A stretch of DNA of 64,000 bases from positions 14,942,001 through 15,006,000 of the forward strand of contig CM022665.1 of NCBI GenBank assembly GCA_012295275.1. The letters run 5' to 3'. Position 1 is the first letter of the stretch. The number at the start of each line of letters is the position of its first letter. This DNA is from Chrysomallon squamiferum. Lineage: Eukaryota; Animalia; Mollusca. Shown in pieces: positions 39,511 to 51,792 of the stretch. The notes beneath the pieces are model-generated. The model had not been told where the DNA came from, searched no databases, and saw nothing but the letters and a program-made list of their open reading frames with translations. A program made the translations under genes and the position numbers.

Positions 39511-41930
39511 AATATGAAGCGGCTAAATGAACATACCTGTCCCCCTGTTTTATCAGCCATTTTACCCAGATGCACCAGTCTGCACTCACTTCCTTTTATT
39601 GTGATTACAGACACAGAGACACTAAATCAAGAAATGATTTTATTTTCATTATTATCATTATTAAATCAAAAACAATTGTAAAAAACTAATTAAAAAAAAA
39701 GAAGTTCACATGCAATTTTCTCCAGATGATAAAGTTATTACACAAATATGAAGATGCTAATTTAATAATACTAATAATAAGATGAAATAAATGAATAAAA
39801 AGTTATTGGTATTGTAAGGTTATTTGAGGGTGTCTGCGGAGAGGGTTTATGGGTGGGTTTTTTTTTTAAGACAATTTAGGATAATGTTATTAATAACAAC
39901 CATCAAGCTGTTCTCATAATTAAATATAATAACTATAACAAACTATATAATAACTGATGATCATTCATTCAGTTAACAAAAATCTGTTTATTGTAAAATA
40001 AGAGGCATCTTATCATTTATTATGCTAAAACATGTTATTATTAATTACACTAATTATTCACACAACTGGAGTGCTCACCCTTTGCTGACAGCAAGGTCTG
40101 CTGTGTTCTCATAAAAGGTTTCTTGTCCTTCATTCTGATCTTCTGATTCGAGTCTGTCTAATCTGCCAAGTCCCACATTGGCCATGCCATCAGTACAGAT
40201 AATTATTTTTGAACCTGGATGCTTGGCAGCAATTTCTATGGCAACTATCAAAGTAGGACCAAGAGCTGTTCCACCTCCTTCTTCAAGACTAAAAAAAAAA
40301 AAAAAAAGTAAAAGTTTCAAGCATGATATTTAGAATGTAACAGTAATTTAATAATAGATTTATATTTTATAAAAAAAAAAAAAAAAAAAAAAAGAAAAGA
40401 GGAAGAATATTTAAAATAATTAATAAAATATATTGGAGTTTTATGGAAGGGTTTACTATCCAAGTATATGTTAAGTGACAGTATTACTGTAACAATTTTA
40501 GTTTGAAGATAGTTAATAAATGATATTTCAATAAACTCAAATTCATCAGAAGCTGTTTAACTACACTGAATCTGTTTTCTGAAAACATAATCCTTTACCT
40601 CTGACCATAATTTTTACAAACTTTAATCACCATATGTTTACTAAATATAAGATATGACATCAAACAAGGATGACTAACAGATAATTTAACATTTTATATT
40701 CAGTGTTTTCAATGCTTGTCTTACATCAACTGAATAAAGTAAAAATTAAGAAAACGGAAATTTGTGTAAGTGCTATTGACACTGGTATAAAAATATATAT
40801 ATGGTTAAAAAAAAAAAAAAAATGTTGTTTCTTTTGTACCACACACTGACTGCTGTAAATTATAATGCAAAAAATAAAAATCACTTGAAGAGTTTTTCTC
40901 CCAGAAACTTTCTGGAATCTTTTATAGCCACTGGTGTGGTTACTGATTCTCCTATCTTGGACAAAGCCTCCTGACTTGACAGTTTGTCTCCTGCTATTGA
41001 CAAAGGTGTGCCTGTTCCATCACCTATCACTGTTACCTGTAATTATACAACTAAATACTTTATTACCTATCACTCACTTGTGGGACTCTTTACAGAAATC
41101 GTGAAAGAATTCTGGTACAGAACTGTTAAATTTCACCTATTGGTTGTTGTTTTTGCTTAAAAATAAGTGTATTGTGTCACAAATGCTCTTTGCAAATTAA
41201 ATGCCAACTGATTATGTTCCACCAAGTTTGGAAATCAGAGAACATACAAACTTGGTGAGTATTTCCAGTTACGTGGCTCAGTTTATATGTTTCCTGTAAT
41301 GTACATACATGTATATTTATCGTGTTTTTACTGTTTTATTTATCAGTAAATGAATGTATGTATTTGTGCTTGTGTGTGTGTGTGTTTGTGTCTATATGTA
41401 CATTAAATTCAATGTGTCTTATTGATTTTGTTATTTATTTAATTTACAAAATATGAAAGTCCATGTGTTTCTTGTAATATGAAGTGTACTTGTCCGTAAA
41501 TATTTGGATTTTGAAAAATTGAACTATTTTGCTGACCCCTTCAAATCTGAATTATTGAACTCAAACTGCATATATATATATATATGTGTGTGTACATATA
41601 TTCTTTTCAAATAGAAATAAATAAATATTGAATTTAGAGAGAAAGCTGAGAAGTAACTGACCTCATTATCAAATGTGACGAGGGCAACACGTCTGTGTGG
41701 ATGTTCCTTGCACATCATCTCCAGCTGGTGATCAACAGCTGCCTGTACTGCCTGAAGTCTTGACACATAGGTCACATTTCTGTCTTGATGTGGTAAAAAC
41801 TGGTTCGAGTTGTCACTGTTAAAACTCTGTAACCTCTCCAGACGTGAAGTCCCTCGAAGTTTTAACTTCCCTGGAACCTGAATCATAATGCGAGGAACAT
41901 AATTTTAATAAACCCATCCAACAGCATTAT

Positions 41931-41965
<35 letters not shown>

Positions 41966-42651
41966 TTAAAATGTATGATTGTAAATGAAAATAATTGCAG
42001 TATGTTAATTAATATGTAAACTAATTCATTTTTAATAAGTAAGTTAAAATGGTTTTAGTATTATGTCAGTTAAAATAATTGCAGTTGCATAGAATTTTTT
42101 TTTTTTTTTTGAATAAACGCTGCAGTATAAAATATTTTTTCTCAAGAAATAAAGTTATCATGTTCATGAAATGATAGGAAATCAAGTTTAAACTAACTGA
42201 AACTGAACAAATAATTAAAAATTAAACATAAACTAAACAAAAATTAAGATGCAAAAAGAAATCAAAATCAAAAGGTAATTCAAAATAATTCAAAAATAAA
42301 CTGCAAAAAAAAACTAAGCTGAAATATAAATAATTCAGATGTTAATTGAAAATAATTCAAAAGGAAACTGAAAATATATCAAGACTGAAAGACAAATAAT
42401 TCAGAAGTGAACTGAAAAATAAAACACAAGTAAACTAAAAATAAAATGAATACCTCAGTAGTTACACACATACTGCCAGAGATATCAACACAGAAGACAA
42501 CAAGAGACTCGTCCTTCCCACTTGCCCCACTAGCCACTGTGCTTAAAGCTGGTTCCAGCAGAAAAGTGACATCATCGTTTGTGGGGATCTCTTCATCCTC
42601 AACATCAACCAGGTTTCTTGTCTCACAGAATTCACACTTCCAAATCTAAAT

Positions 42652-42688
<37 letters not shown>

Positions 42689-45600
42689 ATTTTGTTAAAA
42701 AAAGAAAATTACTAATAATAAATAGAGTAAAGACAAAATGTCCCAAAACAAATTGAAAAAAAAAAAAAAAAAAAATAATAATAAAATAAAATAAAATAAA
42801 AATGAAATGAAATAAAAGAAAATAACAATAATGACTACAATAAACTAAACTCAAATACTCGAGTTTCAATAATACTCTGAAATTAATCAAGAGATATTTT
42901 AGTTTAACTGCAGGGATAGGATTTGAATTTATGTAAAAAAATATATTAATGATAAATGTAACAAAATACTAATAATAAACATATTAAAGATAAAATGTTC
43001 TAAAACAAACTTACAAAAAAATACATGAACAAATAAATAGATAAACAAAATAAATAACGATGATGATGATCATGATGATTACAATGCTAAGATAATGATA
43101 ATAATATTAATAAATGGTTCATTTTTCGTTAAATACAAACACTCAAGTTTTTATATTATTGAAATCAAAGTAATTTAATTTAACTGTAGTGATAGGTTTT
43201 CAGGTTATACACACACCTTCATGTAAATAAAGGGTTAACAGTAAGAAAAATTATCCAAAATACTAAGAACAAAAGAAATTTTTTTTATTTTCTTTCATTT
43301 CTTAAAATTACCTTGGTTTTTAAAAGACTAATGTATTAAACTTTCAATTTTTGCAGCTTTTATGTACATTTAATGTATTCTCTCCTCATTTACCTCATAT
43401 GTATTTATTTACAATTTCCACCATTTTTGCAATGAAATGTGTAACTGAAGTTTTATATACATGCAATTTACTCACTCCTAATTTCTTTCTTTCATTCTTT
43501 ATTTACAATTTCTACAAGGTTTGCAGAATAAAGCTAATAGCTAACCTTGTCAGGCCCATCTTTGTTAAGTTTTGTTAGTTTTGACAATACAGCAGTGCAC
43601 TTGCTGCAGTGAATGGGATCACCTGCATGCATGTTACTTGGTGCCACCAGCTGCTGCAGTTTGATGGAAATGACGTTTGTATCAGCACGACGAAATCTCT
43701 TTGAGCTTTTACATGGCAGCTCTGTAAATAAAATTAACAAGTCTAGTAATCTAACTTACATACACACGGAATGAATCAATTTTTATGTCTGACAAAATAT
43801 TAAAATGCAAATTGTTGTCATACTTAAAGATTTAAGTTTATGATTATGCTTATTAATTAAAATTCACTGGCAATAAATAAATTAATGTGACTTTGAAGTA
43901 TGCAGAATATATTTATGCTTGGTATAATTTAGCATTAATATTCTTAACATAAAACATATACGTGTTGCACCTGCTGTATATTTCCAATGATGTCTTATCC
44001 GTTTAGGTTCTGATGTTTTTTTCATTACAGGCACTGGGAATTCATCATCACCTAAACTGTTCGAAGCATCTGGAAACAAAAACATTATTTTATTATACAA
44101 AAAGAATATATAAAATTTAAAATAATAATAAATAAACATAAAAGCAAAAAAAATTTAATTAATTAAAATAAAATATATACATTAAAAACAACTTATTAAT
44201 TTATTATACAGGGTATCCCATAAGTTTCCATACATATGGTTTTTAACACTGTATTTTTTATAGAGTGGGCTGGGATATAAGGTAACAGAATTATTGGACC
44301 ATTTTTTGTTGATGGGAATCTTAATGCTGATAAGTGCCATAACATGTTGCAAGAAGAGATTTTTCCATCTCTACTTGTTTTTTACCTTTGGGGGCATTTC
44401 AAGGCCATGGTGTATCAGGAAAAGATACAAAACATAAATCATCTCAAGCAACGTATCACCAACAACATTACAAGCATAACTCCAGCTGTGCTTGAACATG
44501 TTCTTCAGCAGTGGAGGACACGCATTGAAATCTGTTTTCAACATAATGGCAGTCATGTAGAGCATATTATATAAATAAAAATGTTTTTTTCATATAAACA
44601 TGTTTATTTTTTCTATGTTTTTCAGTGAGTTGAACATTTTTGTAACATTCCACAATGCACTAAGAATACACAACCATCATAACCTGTCAGGCTAAATAAA
44701 CCACAGTTGCTGCATGACAACATTGCAGCTCTGTGACCTTGAACCCACAAACTTTTGGGTTACGGGTCTAATGCTCAAATAACTGCACAGTCATGGCAAT
44801 CACTTCCTTAAAAATTAATTATATTAACCCAGTTTTTGCACTGCACCTTCTACAAAAACCACAGTATCATTATTTTTATTCTTCTTGAATAAGTTTTATG
44901 TCTGGATAATACCTAAAATGAATTATTTCCCTCTGATGTACATATCTAGAAGTTTCAATGGCAGGGAGAAAGAAATGAAATGACTGAAAAATGTTCAGGA
45001 CATAAGTTTACTAATTTATTCAAAAGTCATATTTTAGTAATGCATGTATATTCAGAGTTGTAAAATGATTATGTTTGTATCACCAATTATTAAAATGTCC
45101 CTTGAACTTTTGATAAACTGCAATGCACCTCATTAGGGTGCACTGGGAGCAAGTGAGGGTAACTGTTTTGTAAATGGATAAATATAATTCTCTATTTAAA
45201 AAAAAAAAAAATTATATTCCTTTATTTAAGGTATTACTGAACTATATGTTTATAAATATTCTATTCTTTTACTGAGATTTAATTTATAGTTTACTGCTCC
45301 AACCATTCCACTCATTTTGTTTGCTACAAATCATTAAATGTAATGTGTAAAAATACTAAAGGTGTATAAATGTAATATCACCAGAATGTCATACCCCACC
45401 AGTCAATTCATTATAACATAGAAACACACATTTGAAGGGTGCATGTGAAAAACTGAACGTGGAGCTGATGTTATTATTTTTTATTTTATTATTTTTTATT
45501 GTTATCTAGTGTACTAGAAAAGAAGCACTGACGTGGATCTTCACAGGTTAACCAATTATGGCCTTGTAGGCACTGAATTCCCAGAGAAATTGGACAGGAT

Positions 45601-48600
45601 TCAGGACATTTAACTGGAAGCAGAGAGACACAGAAATAATAATTTTAAAAAAACACGATGCACAATATATTACATTGTCAAATGTCTCTTCTTCATTTAT
45701 TTTGGCAATAAACATTCTTTTGTGATGCAGTTTAATGTTATAACATGCATCCATACATTTCAGATGCAGTCCAAGCCATTTATTTCAATATGAAAAACAA
45801 GTACCCATTCATATCCACTGCACTCTATGAAAAGGCATTCCTACTACGTTTATAAAAATAAAATAAACTGTTTTACAAAATCATGATTATTTATGCCTTA
45901 TTCAATGTAAATTGAATATAAAAATATGAAAAACTCAAAAGTATCAAAAAAAAAAAAAAAAAAAAAAAAAACAACCAATGATACCTTGGGTGGATAGATA
46001 CTGGTTAATAACAATAAAATATATTTTAAAAACTTTTTTAATATTTAACAATGGTTTTGTATGTATATGGATGAATGCACACACACACAAACACATACTC
46101 CAATACAGATACTCATAAATGCAAGTAAAATGTTTTAAATGTAATAATTATAATTAATATACAGTTAGTACATAACCATTTATCTGGCTTCCCGAAATCT
46201 GGAAAATGCTGGCTAAGTTTTAATTAGGTAGCAGTTTCTGAGTTTGTCTTTCCTTCCATGATGCCAATTCAAGTGAGAGGGCTGCTGTGTACAGGTGTCC
46301 TCTCATAGTAAATTACTGTTTCAGTTTACTCTCATTTTCATTTATTATCATTATTAAAAAAACTAGCATTAATTTAACTTGCTAGTGAAAAGTGTATTCT
46401 ATACAGGTATTTTTACATGTTTAAGTGAATTAATAAAAATCAAACAAACTGCTTTAGAAGTGTTTTAATTTGCATCTATTAAATGCAGTTTCACTCTATA
46501 TATAAAATTTTCACGTTTTATTTTATAATTTAGGTAAAGATATTTCCTGTATCCATAAATCCAGGCCACATCTGGTCCCAAGCTTGACGGATAAATAGTT
46601 CGGTACCTGTATTATTATTTATTTATTATATTTATTTATTCATTCATGTAAATATAAAACATACAAAGAAATACATACCCTTTCTAGAGTGATGTTTTAT
46701 TCCAGAATCTGTTTCAAGTGTTTCAGAGCATTTTGCTTAAAAAGTAAAAAAATTCTTTTTTTTAAATAAAATTCTTTACAGAGCATATTTTGAAAAAATA
46801 TAAAATTTCTGTTTTATACATACACACCATTCCAGATGTAATCATTATTAGATGCATTTGTAAGCATTTTTTTTAATTTATCAGTGTTTATAAATGTAAG
46901 GTTACTTTGTTTTTAATTTATACTATCCTAGATACACACACACATTTAAAGAATTATACTAGTAAATATGAATAATCAAATTAAGTAAATCATACTTACC
47001 ATACAATGGGCTGATATCTTCATCAGAATCTGAATCAGAACTGAAATCAAAATTATTTTGAAAAATAGGAATTTGGTAAGACATTAAAATGTTCAAAACT
47101 ATATTTTAATATAATAATAAAATACCAGTGAGAACATAAAAGCCTTATTATACCAAATATTGCAATAGGAAATGTTTTAAAACTTTACATCTAAAATTTT
47201 CATGTTTTCACAGTACCATTTTTTTCTACACCCAAACAGGACAAAGCAGTTTTTGAAACAGTCTTGTGTTCCATGATCAGTCTGGACCAGAGGACAGGGA
47301 TACTCAATCGCTTCGCGATATTTGAACTACAATTGCAGAAAAAATATTCAACAGTAGCATAAATAATAATTATTTATATTCTTCTTTTGTATCTTTTAAA
47401 TGGTCAGTGTAGATTGGTGCCAGTGGAAAACACAGCAGTAATGCTGTATCATTTTGTTTTAATGGATTCATTAATATGTGCTTTCTATTGATGTTGTTTC
47501 AGTATCAGGTAATAGATTCATTGCATTAGCCTTTTTTTTGTTAATAAATTGCTATTTACCATCTTTTATATAAATAATAAAATGGATACAGGTTTTCTGT
47601 ATAAAAGTAAGCAGAAACTAGGAAAACAAAAAATTTCATTTCATTAAGCCCACATTATAAATTAAATATAATACTGACATCATCATTATTATCATAGAGG
47701 CTTTGAATACCTTATATAGTAGGTTTTAGGGGAGATTTGTGCTAAAAGTTTGTACGTAAAATTGCGTTTAGATCCAGTGATTCCAGTAAGTATGAAATTA
47801 GTAATAGTAACTAAACTGGTGCTACAAGTACATAATATATCTAAATCACACACAGTTAATATTTCATCTGGCTCATTCACTCCTGCAACATCTGGAAAGG
47901 TTCCAACATACTCTACAGTGGCAATAGACTTTGCATTAGGAGGCTTTACACGATGGTCAGTGACAGCTGTTCAAACCATCAGGGGTGTATGCATTTGTTT
48001 GAAACTTTGCAAATCCACGAGGGGATGATACCAGAACTGTTTTCCATAAAAATATTTCCTCTCCGTGTGCAACTGCCTTTAGTGTTTTAATAGATCCTGT
48101 ATCATCTTTCAACCTCTGATGAGACAACTTGTAGTCAAAGTGCCTAGATTCAAACCTCTCATGCAAACAGACATTGCACAAATAACCAAGGGACATCTTT
48201 CCCAACTCTCTCAATACTGTTTGAGCTAAATCTTCACACTTGGCATGGAACCATGTGCTGCACTCTCGCATGGCAGTTACCAAATGGATAAATTCCTCTT
48301 GTAGTCATGGTTCTTGTTGTTCTTGGCATCTAGATTATAAATACATCACCATTTTATACTATTTCATTTAGAATTAGTGACTTTTGGTTGGACGGCATCT
48401 AATTGGTGATATGCTGGTCCTTTTCACACTGACACCCTTGTGATCAAAACTGCTCTGATCAGTTGATGTATTATTGGTTTAATTGGTATTGTTTTCAAAT
48501 CGTTAATTTTAAATAGCTTCCTGACTGTTCATGACGGTTAAAGTCCACTCAAATTTACTATTTTATTGTTATGTAGTTTTATTATTTTCTTCAGATTATT

Positions 48601-48848
48601 TTTAAAATATTTGAAAATCAAATGCCGATTATTTAAGTTTCTGGTCATGTCATCAGACAACGGTATTATGAAATACGGAAAATGAAAATGTAAAGAAAAC
48701 GTTTTCTAAAATTCTGACAGTTTCATTTTCTTATTAATGATTACCTGACATTCATTCCACATTCATATTCGTCGTCTGAAACATATTCATATAATTCATT
48801 CTCTTGTAGTTCACAGTCGTCATAAACGAACTCGGAGCCGAATTCCAT
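34620..48848 (-). CDS. Circularly permuted Ras protein 1-like (Sec23/24-type Zn finger plus vWA domain; no Ras domain seen), about 763-790 aa
   Basis: Exons 48848-48745, 47040-47000, 46735-46679, (45613-45533 optional), 44069-43962, 43721-43546, 42645-42454, 41877-41662, 41036-40885, 40288-40079, 39621-39537, 38532-38426, 37848-37712, 37465-37169, 36810-36687, 36085-35998, 35350-35243, 34709-34620, phase-consistent. Starts MEFGSEFVY. Zn finger RADTNVISI..GDPIHCSKCTAVLS..WKCEFCETRN; vWA MIDAS VFCVDISGSMCVT..SRLQAVQAAV..GGTALGP..IICTDGMANVGLG. Confidence 0.85.
37925..38145. repeat. Cryptic trinucleotide (AGT/TAG/CAG) repeat tract, intronic
   Basis: Runs such as gtagtagtaacagtagagtaactgtagtagtagtaatagtaatag; source of spurious ORFs 37877-38147. 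Confidence 0.8.
44209..44580 (+). mobile_element. Tc1/mariner-superfamily transposase remnant, internally deleted, intronic
   Basis: TA plus CAGGGTATCCCATAAG left end. Fragments WAGI..IIGPFFVDGNLNA..MLQEEIFP and FYLWGHFKAMVYQEKIQNINHLKQRI..RIEICFQHNGSHVEHII are typical of the Tc1-like catalytic C-terminus. No right TIR seen. Confidence 0.85.
44640..44797 (-). mobile_element. Possible degenerate tRNA-derived SINE
   Basis: Minus strand gtgcagttatttgagcattagacccgtaacccaaaagtttgtgggttcaaggtc has tRNA-like A-box/B-box spacing but no intact cloverleaf. Confidence 0.35.
46162..46609. mobile_element. Possible Tigger/pogo-type MITE, intronic
   Basis: TA flanks; imperfect TIRs CAGTTAGTACATAACCATTTATC / GATAAATAGTTCGGTACCTG. 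Confidence 0.5.
47690..48330 (-). pseudogene. Degenerate PHD-finger-like coding fragment (likely transposon-derived) in intron 1 of the cpRAS-like gene
   Basis: ORF 47957-48283 contains ECSTWFHAKCEDL..GYLCNVC, the second half of a PHD finger. Flanking frames are broken and I saw no phase-compatible splice sites. Confidence 0.5.
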
Positions 48849-48899
48849 TTTGCTTTTTGTTGGACCTACTCAAATCCCTAAAATAAATGTAAAATCATC

Positions 48900-49040
48900 G
48901 TTTATACTTTCGTAGCTTGACGTAAAATCCAAAAAATGAATATTAACGCAACCCGGAAGTTAAGAGCTGGAAATACTCAATAGTGATTGGTCAATAGTAG
49001 TGTAACTTTCACCTATAAATAATATATGACATCAACACTG
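48900..49040. promoter_or_regulatory. Proximal promoter motifs of the cpRAS-like gene
   Basis: CRE-like TGACGTAA at 48918-48925, ETS CCGGAAGT at 48953-48960 and ATTGG (CCAAT box) at 48986-48990, in a CpG-retaining patch 70-140 bp upstream of the ATG. Confidence 0.6.
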
Positions 49041-51792
49041 TAAAATGAAACCTTAGCTATTACGACATCGTAACGAAATATAAAGACTTTCGTCCTTGCA
49101 TTTTACGTTAAAAAAAAAAAAAAAAAAACTGAAAAAAATAATAACTGAACCACCAGACAATCACATATATTCCTTGTTAAACTTGGCAAAAGCCCCAACA
49201 GTGAAAAAACAAGGAAGGACAAACGCACCCCAACTTTTAAGTGTGATTAGCTTTAATAACTGACTAACTTTAAAAGTAATCCACATGATTAGCATACGAG
49301 TGACATAACTATACCTTAGAAAATGCGAATATTATTTTCAGAAATTATATTCTATTTTCAAAACGGCGAAATTCCCAAAATGTACTCGATAGGTTATCTC
49401 ATTTCATGTTACGTGATTGTGTATGCTCCGATATAATAAACGCTCTCTTCAGACTGTATCCATCTTAATTGTGTTTATTATGTTATTTCATAGTAATTAT
49501 CTTGATCATACAAACTGATAATCATACCACTATGTGCCGATTTTGATAAAGATATGAAGTATGTAACCTTCAATAAAGTGGTTGTTTGGAAAGGTGTTTA
49601 TTTATTTTTTTTGGTGGGGGAAAGAGTTTTATCCTTCCTTGATCTTAAACTGCAGGACTTTTGTCCTACCTTGATTTTTTTTCACTGCATGGCTCGTCCT
49701 ACCTACATTTTTCACTTGGGTGGCTTTTGTTGTACCTTGCAAATCCACTGAGGGAGCTTTTGTCTTTCATGTGTTGGTTTTAAATTTCTTATTTATAATT
49801 GGTATTAATAGATGACATGCATCACTAAAAACTACTAAAAAAAAAAAAAAACAACAAATATTATTTCATTTAAAAAATAATAATAATAAATAAAAAATAT
49901 ATATATAAAAGATGTTTGTTTGATATTTATCTTGTCACTTTCAATAATTTATTGATTGATGATCATTATATATATATTTTTTTCTTCTCTTCTCCCCCCC
50001 CCAATGCACATGTTGTTATGAATTAAAACCACAAAGAATCAATTATAAATGGTACCACATTAACTTATTTAACAATCATCAGCTGAAAACAGCTCTTGCC
50101 TGAAACTACTGTAAAAACATGGGCATTTTTATTTATTTACATTTTTTCTTTTTTCTTCACAGAATCCATTGCATTTATTGCAGTGTATTTTAATTCTGTG
50201 AGTCTTAGAGAATGTGATAGACTGTCTGGGATCTAACATACTATTTTCCACACCTTTGTTTTTTTTTAAAAACAAAACTGTTTCTCTCGAGTTAATGATG
50301 AATGAGTTGCAGCTTTTATTCTATCAAACCAGGAAGCTGATCAAATTTAACAACAAAATAGTTATTATTGTTGTTGTTATTATAGTCATCATCACAACTA
50401 GTTTTAACCACCATGATATTATTTATTTGCAAAACAATTTCAATTATAATTAGGTAAATATGAAACCTTTTTCACAAAAATAGTTTTACAGTATAGCAGC
50501 AGTAACTTAATGTTGTTGACAGGAGTGCTTGGTTTTTCAGAGGGGTCGTTACATACTGAATTATCCAAACAAATCTTTCCTAAACCTCATTGTTGATCAT
50601 TATACAATATTCAACAAAAAGATTCATTTTAAAAAAACTTTTCTTTTTTCTGCAATTTATATCCATTAATTAAATGTTGACTAAGTTGCTGTTCTTCAGT
50701 GTAATCATAATAAATGTTATAATCCTGGCCTAAACATTAGTTAATCACAGTCCAGTATCAATCATAAAATCTTTTATTCCCTAAATTTGTATGTTCTTTG
50801 TAGACACTGAAAACAGTAAATTATATTTCAATTTTTAATGACCATGTACCTTTCATAGTAACAAGATTATTATTATTCTGAATTATTTAGCACACACTGA
50901 ATCATTAATCATCAGGATATACAATTCATATTAACATTGTTATTATTATTATTCTGATGAATTAATACTGACAATTTTTTAATATGGTATATACTGAGCT
51001 GTTGAATGTATATAAAAATGCAAAATAACCTTTTGTTTTTTGTTTGGTTTTAAATATAAGGTAGAACCTTTATCTGGTTCAAAACTGTCAAGCTGGATTT
51101 CTAGAATCAAGTATAAAGTAATACTAGCATCATTCAACTTCTGATTTATTTTCAAAGTAATTACATCCAACGTTAAAAGATATGAATAAGAAAAATGACA
51201 TATACATATATATATATATATTGGATTTATTAATAAAAACATCTCCATTATTAGAAATGCAGAATCTTATAAAATATGAAAATTAATTTCAACATGTTTT
51301 GTTAAAATTATTTTAAAAAAGAATACGTTGACAAATGTCAGATAATTATGTGAATTTCCATTATCCAGAGTTTCCTATTTTATTTTTTATTTTTATACTT
51401 CTAAAAATAGCTGGAGCCAGATCCTAACTGCAGCCATATATGTAAATAAAAAAATATTTTCCATTTCTAAAAAAGTTCTTAGCCAAGAACAAAATGCCAG
51501 ATCTTTCTACTTTTAAGCATTAGCTGGCACTTCAAATTCAAAAGAAAAAATGTTATCTTTTTTAAAATAAGTACAGCTGTTATTTTCCAGATGATAAATT
51601 TAAACCAACATTAAAAAGATTTATTTTTTTTCTTCTCTAACACAAAAATGAATCCTTTTTTATTTTGTTTTTTTTCCTGATATGCTGTCCCTCTCTTGGT
51701 AATGCTTCTTTTTTGTTGTTGGGTTTTTCATTTCCTGGCCCACTCCAGGTAATGCTTCATATTGTTTTCCATCAACAGAAACTCACAACTAA

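Noticed and set aside
42185-42445. A-rich quasi-periodic tract (aactgaaa/aaataattca)
   Set aside because: Low-complexity intronic sequence with no stable unit or coding signal.
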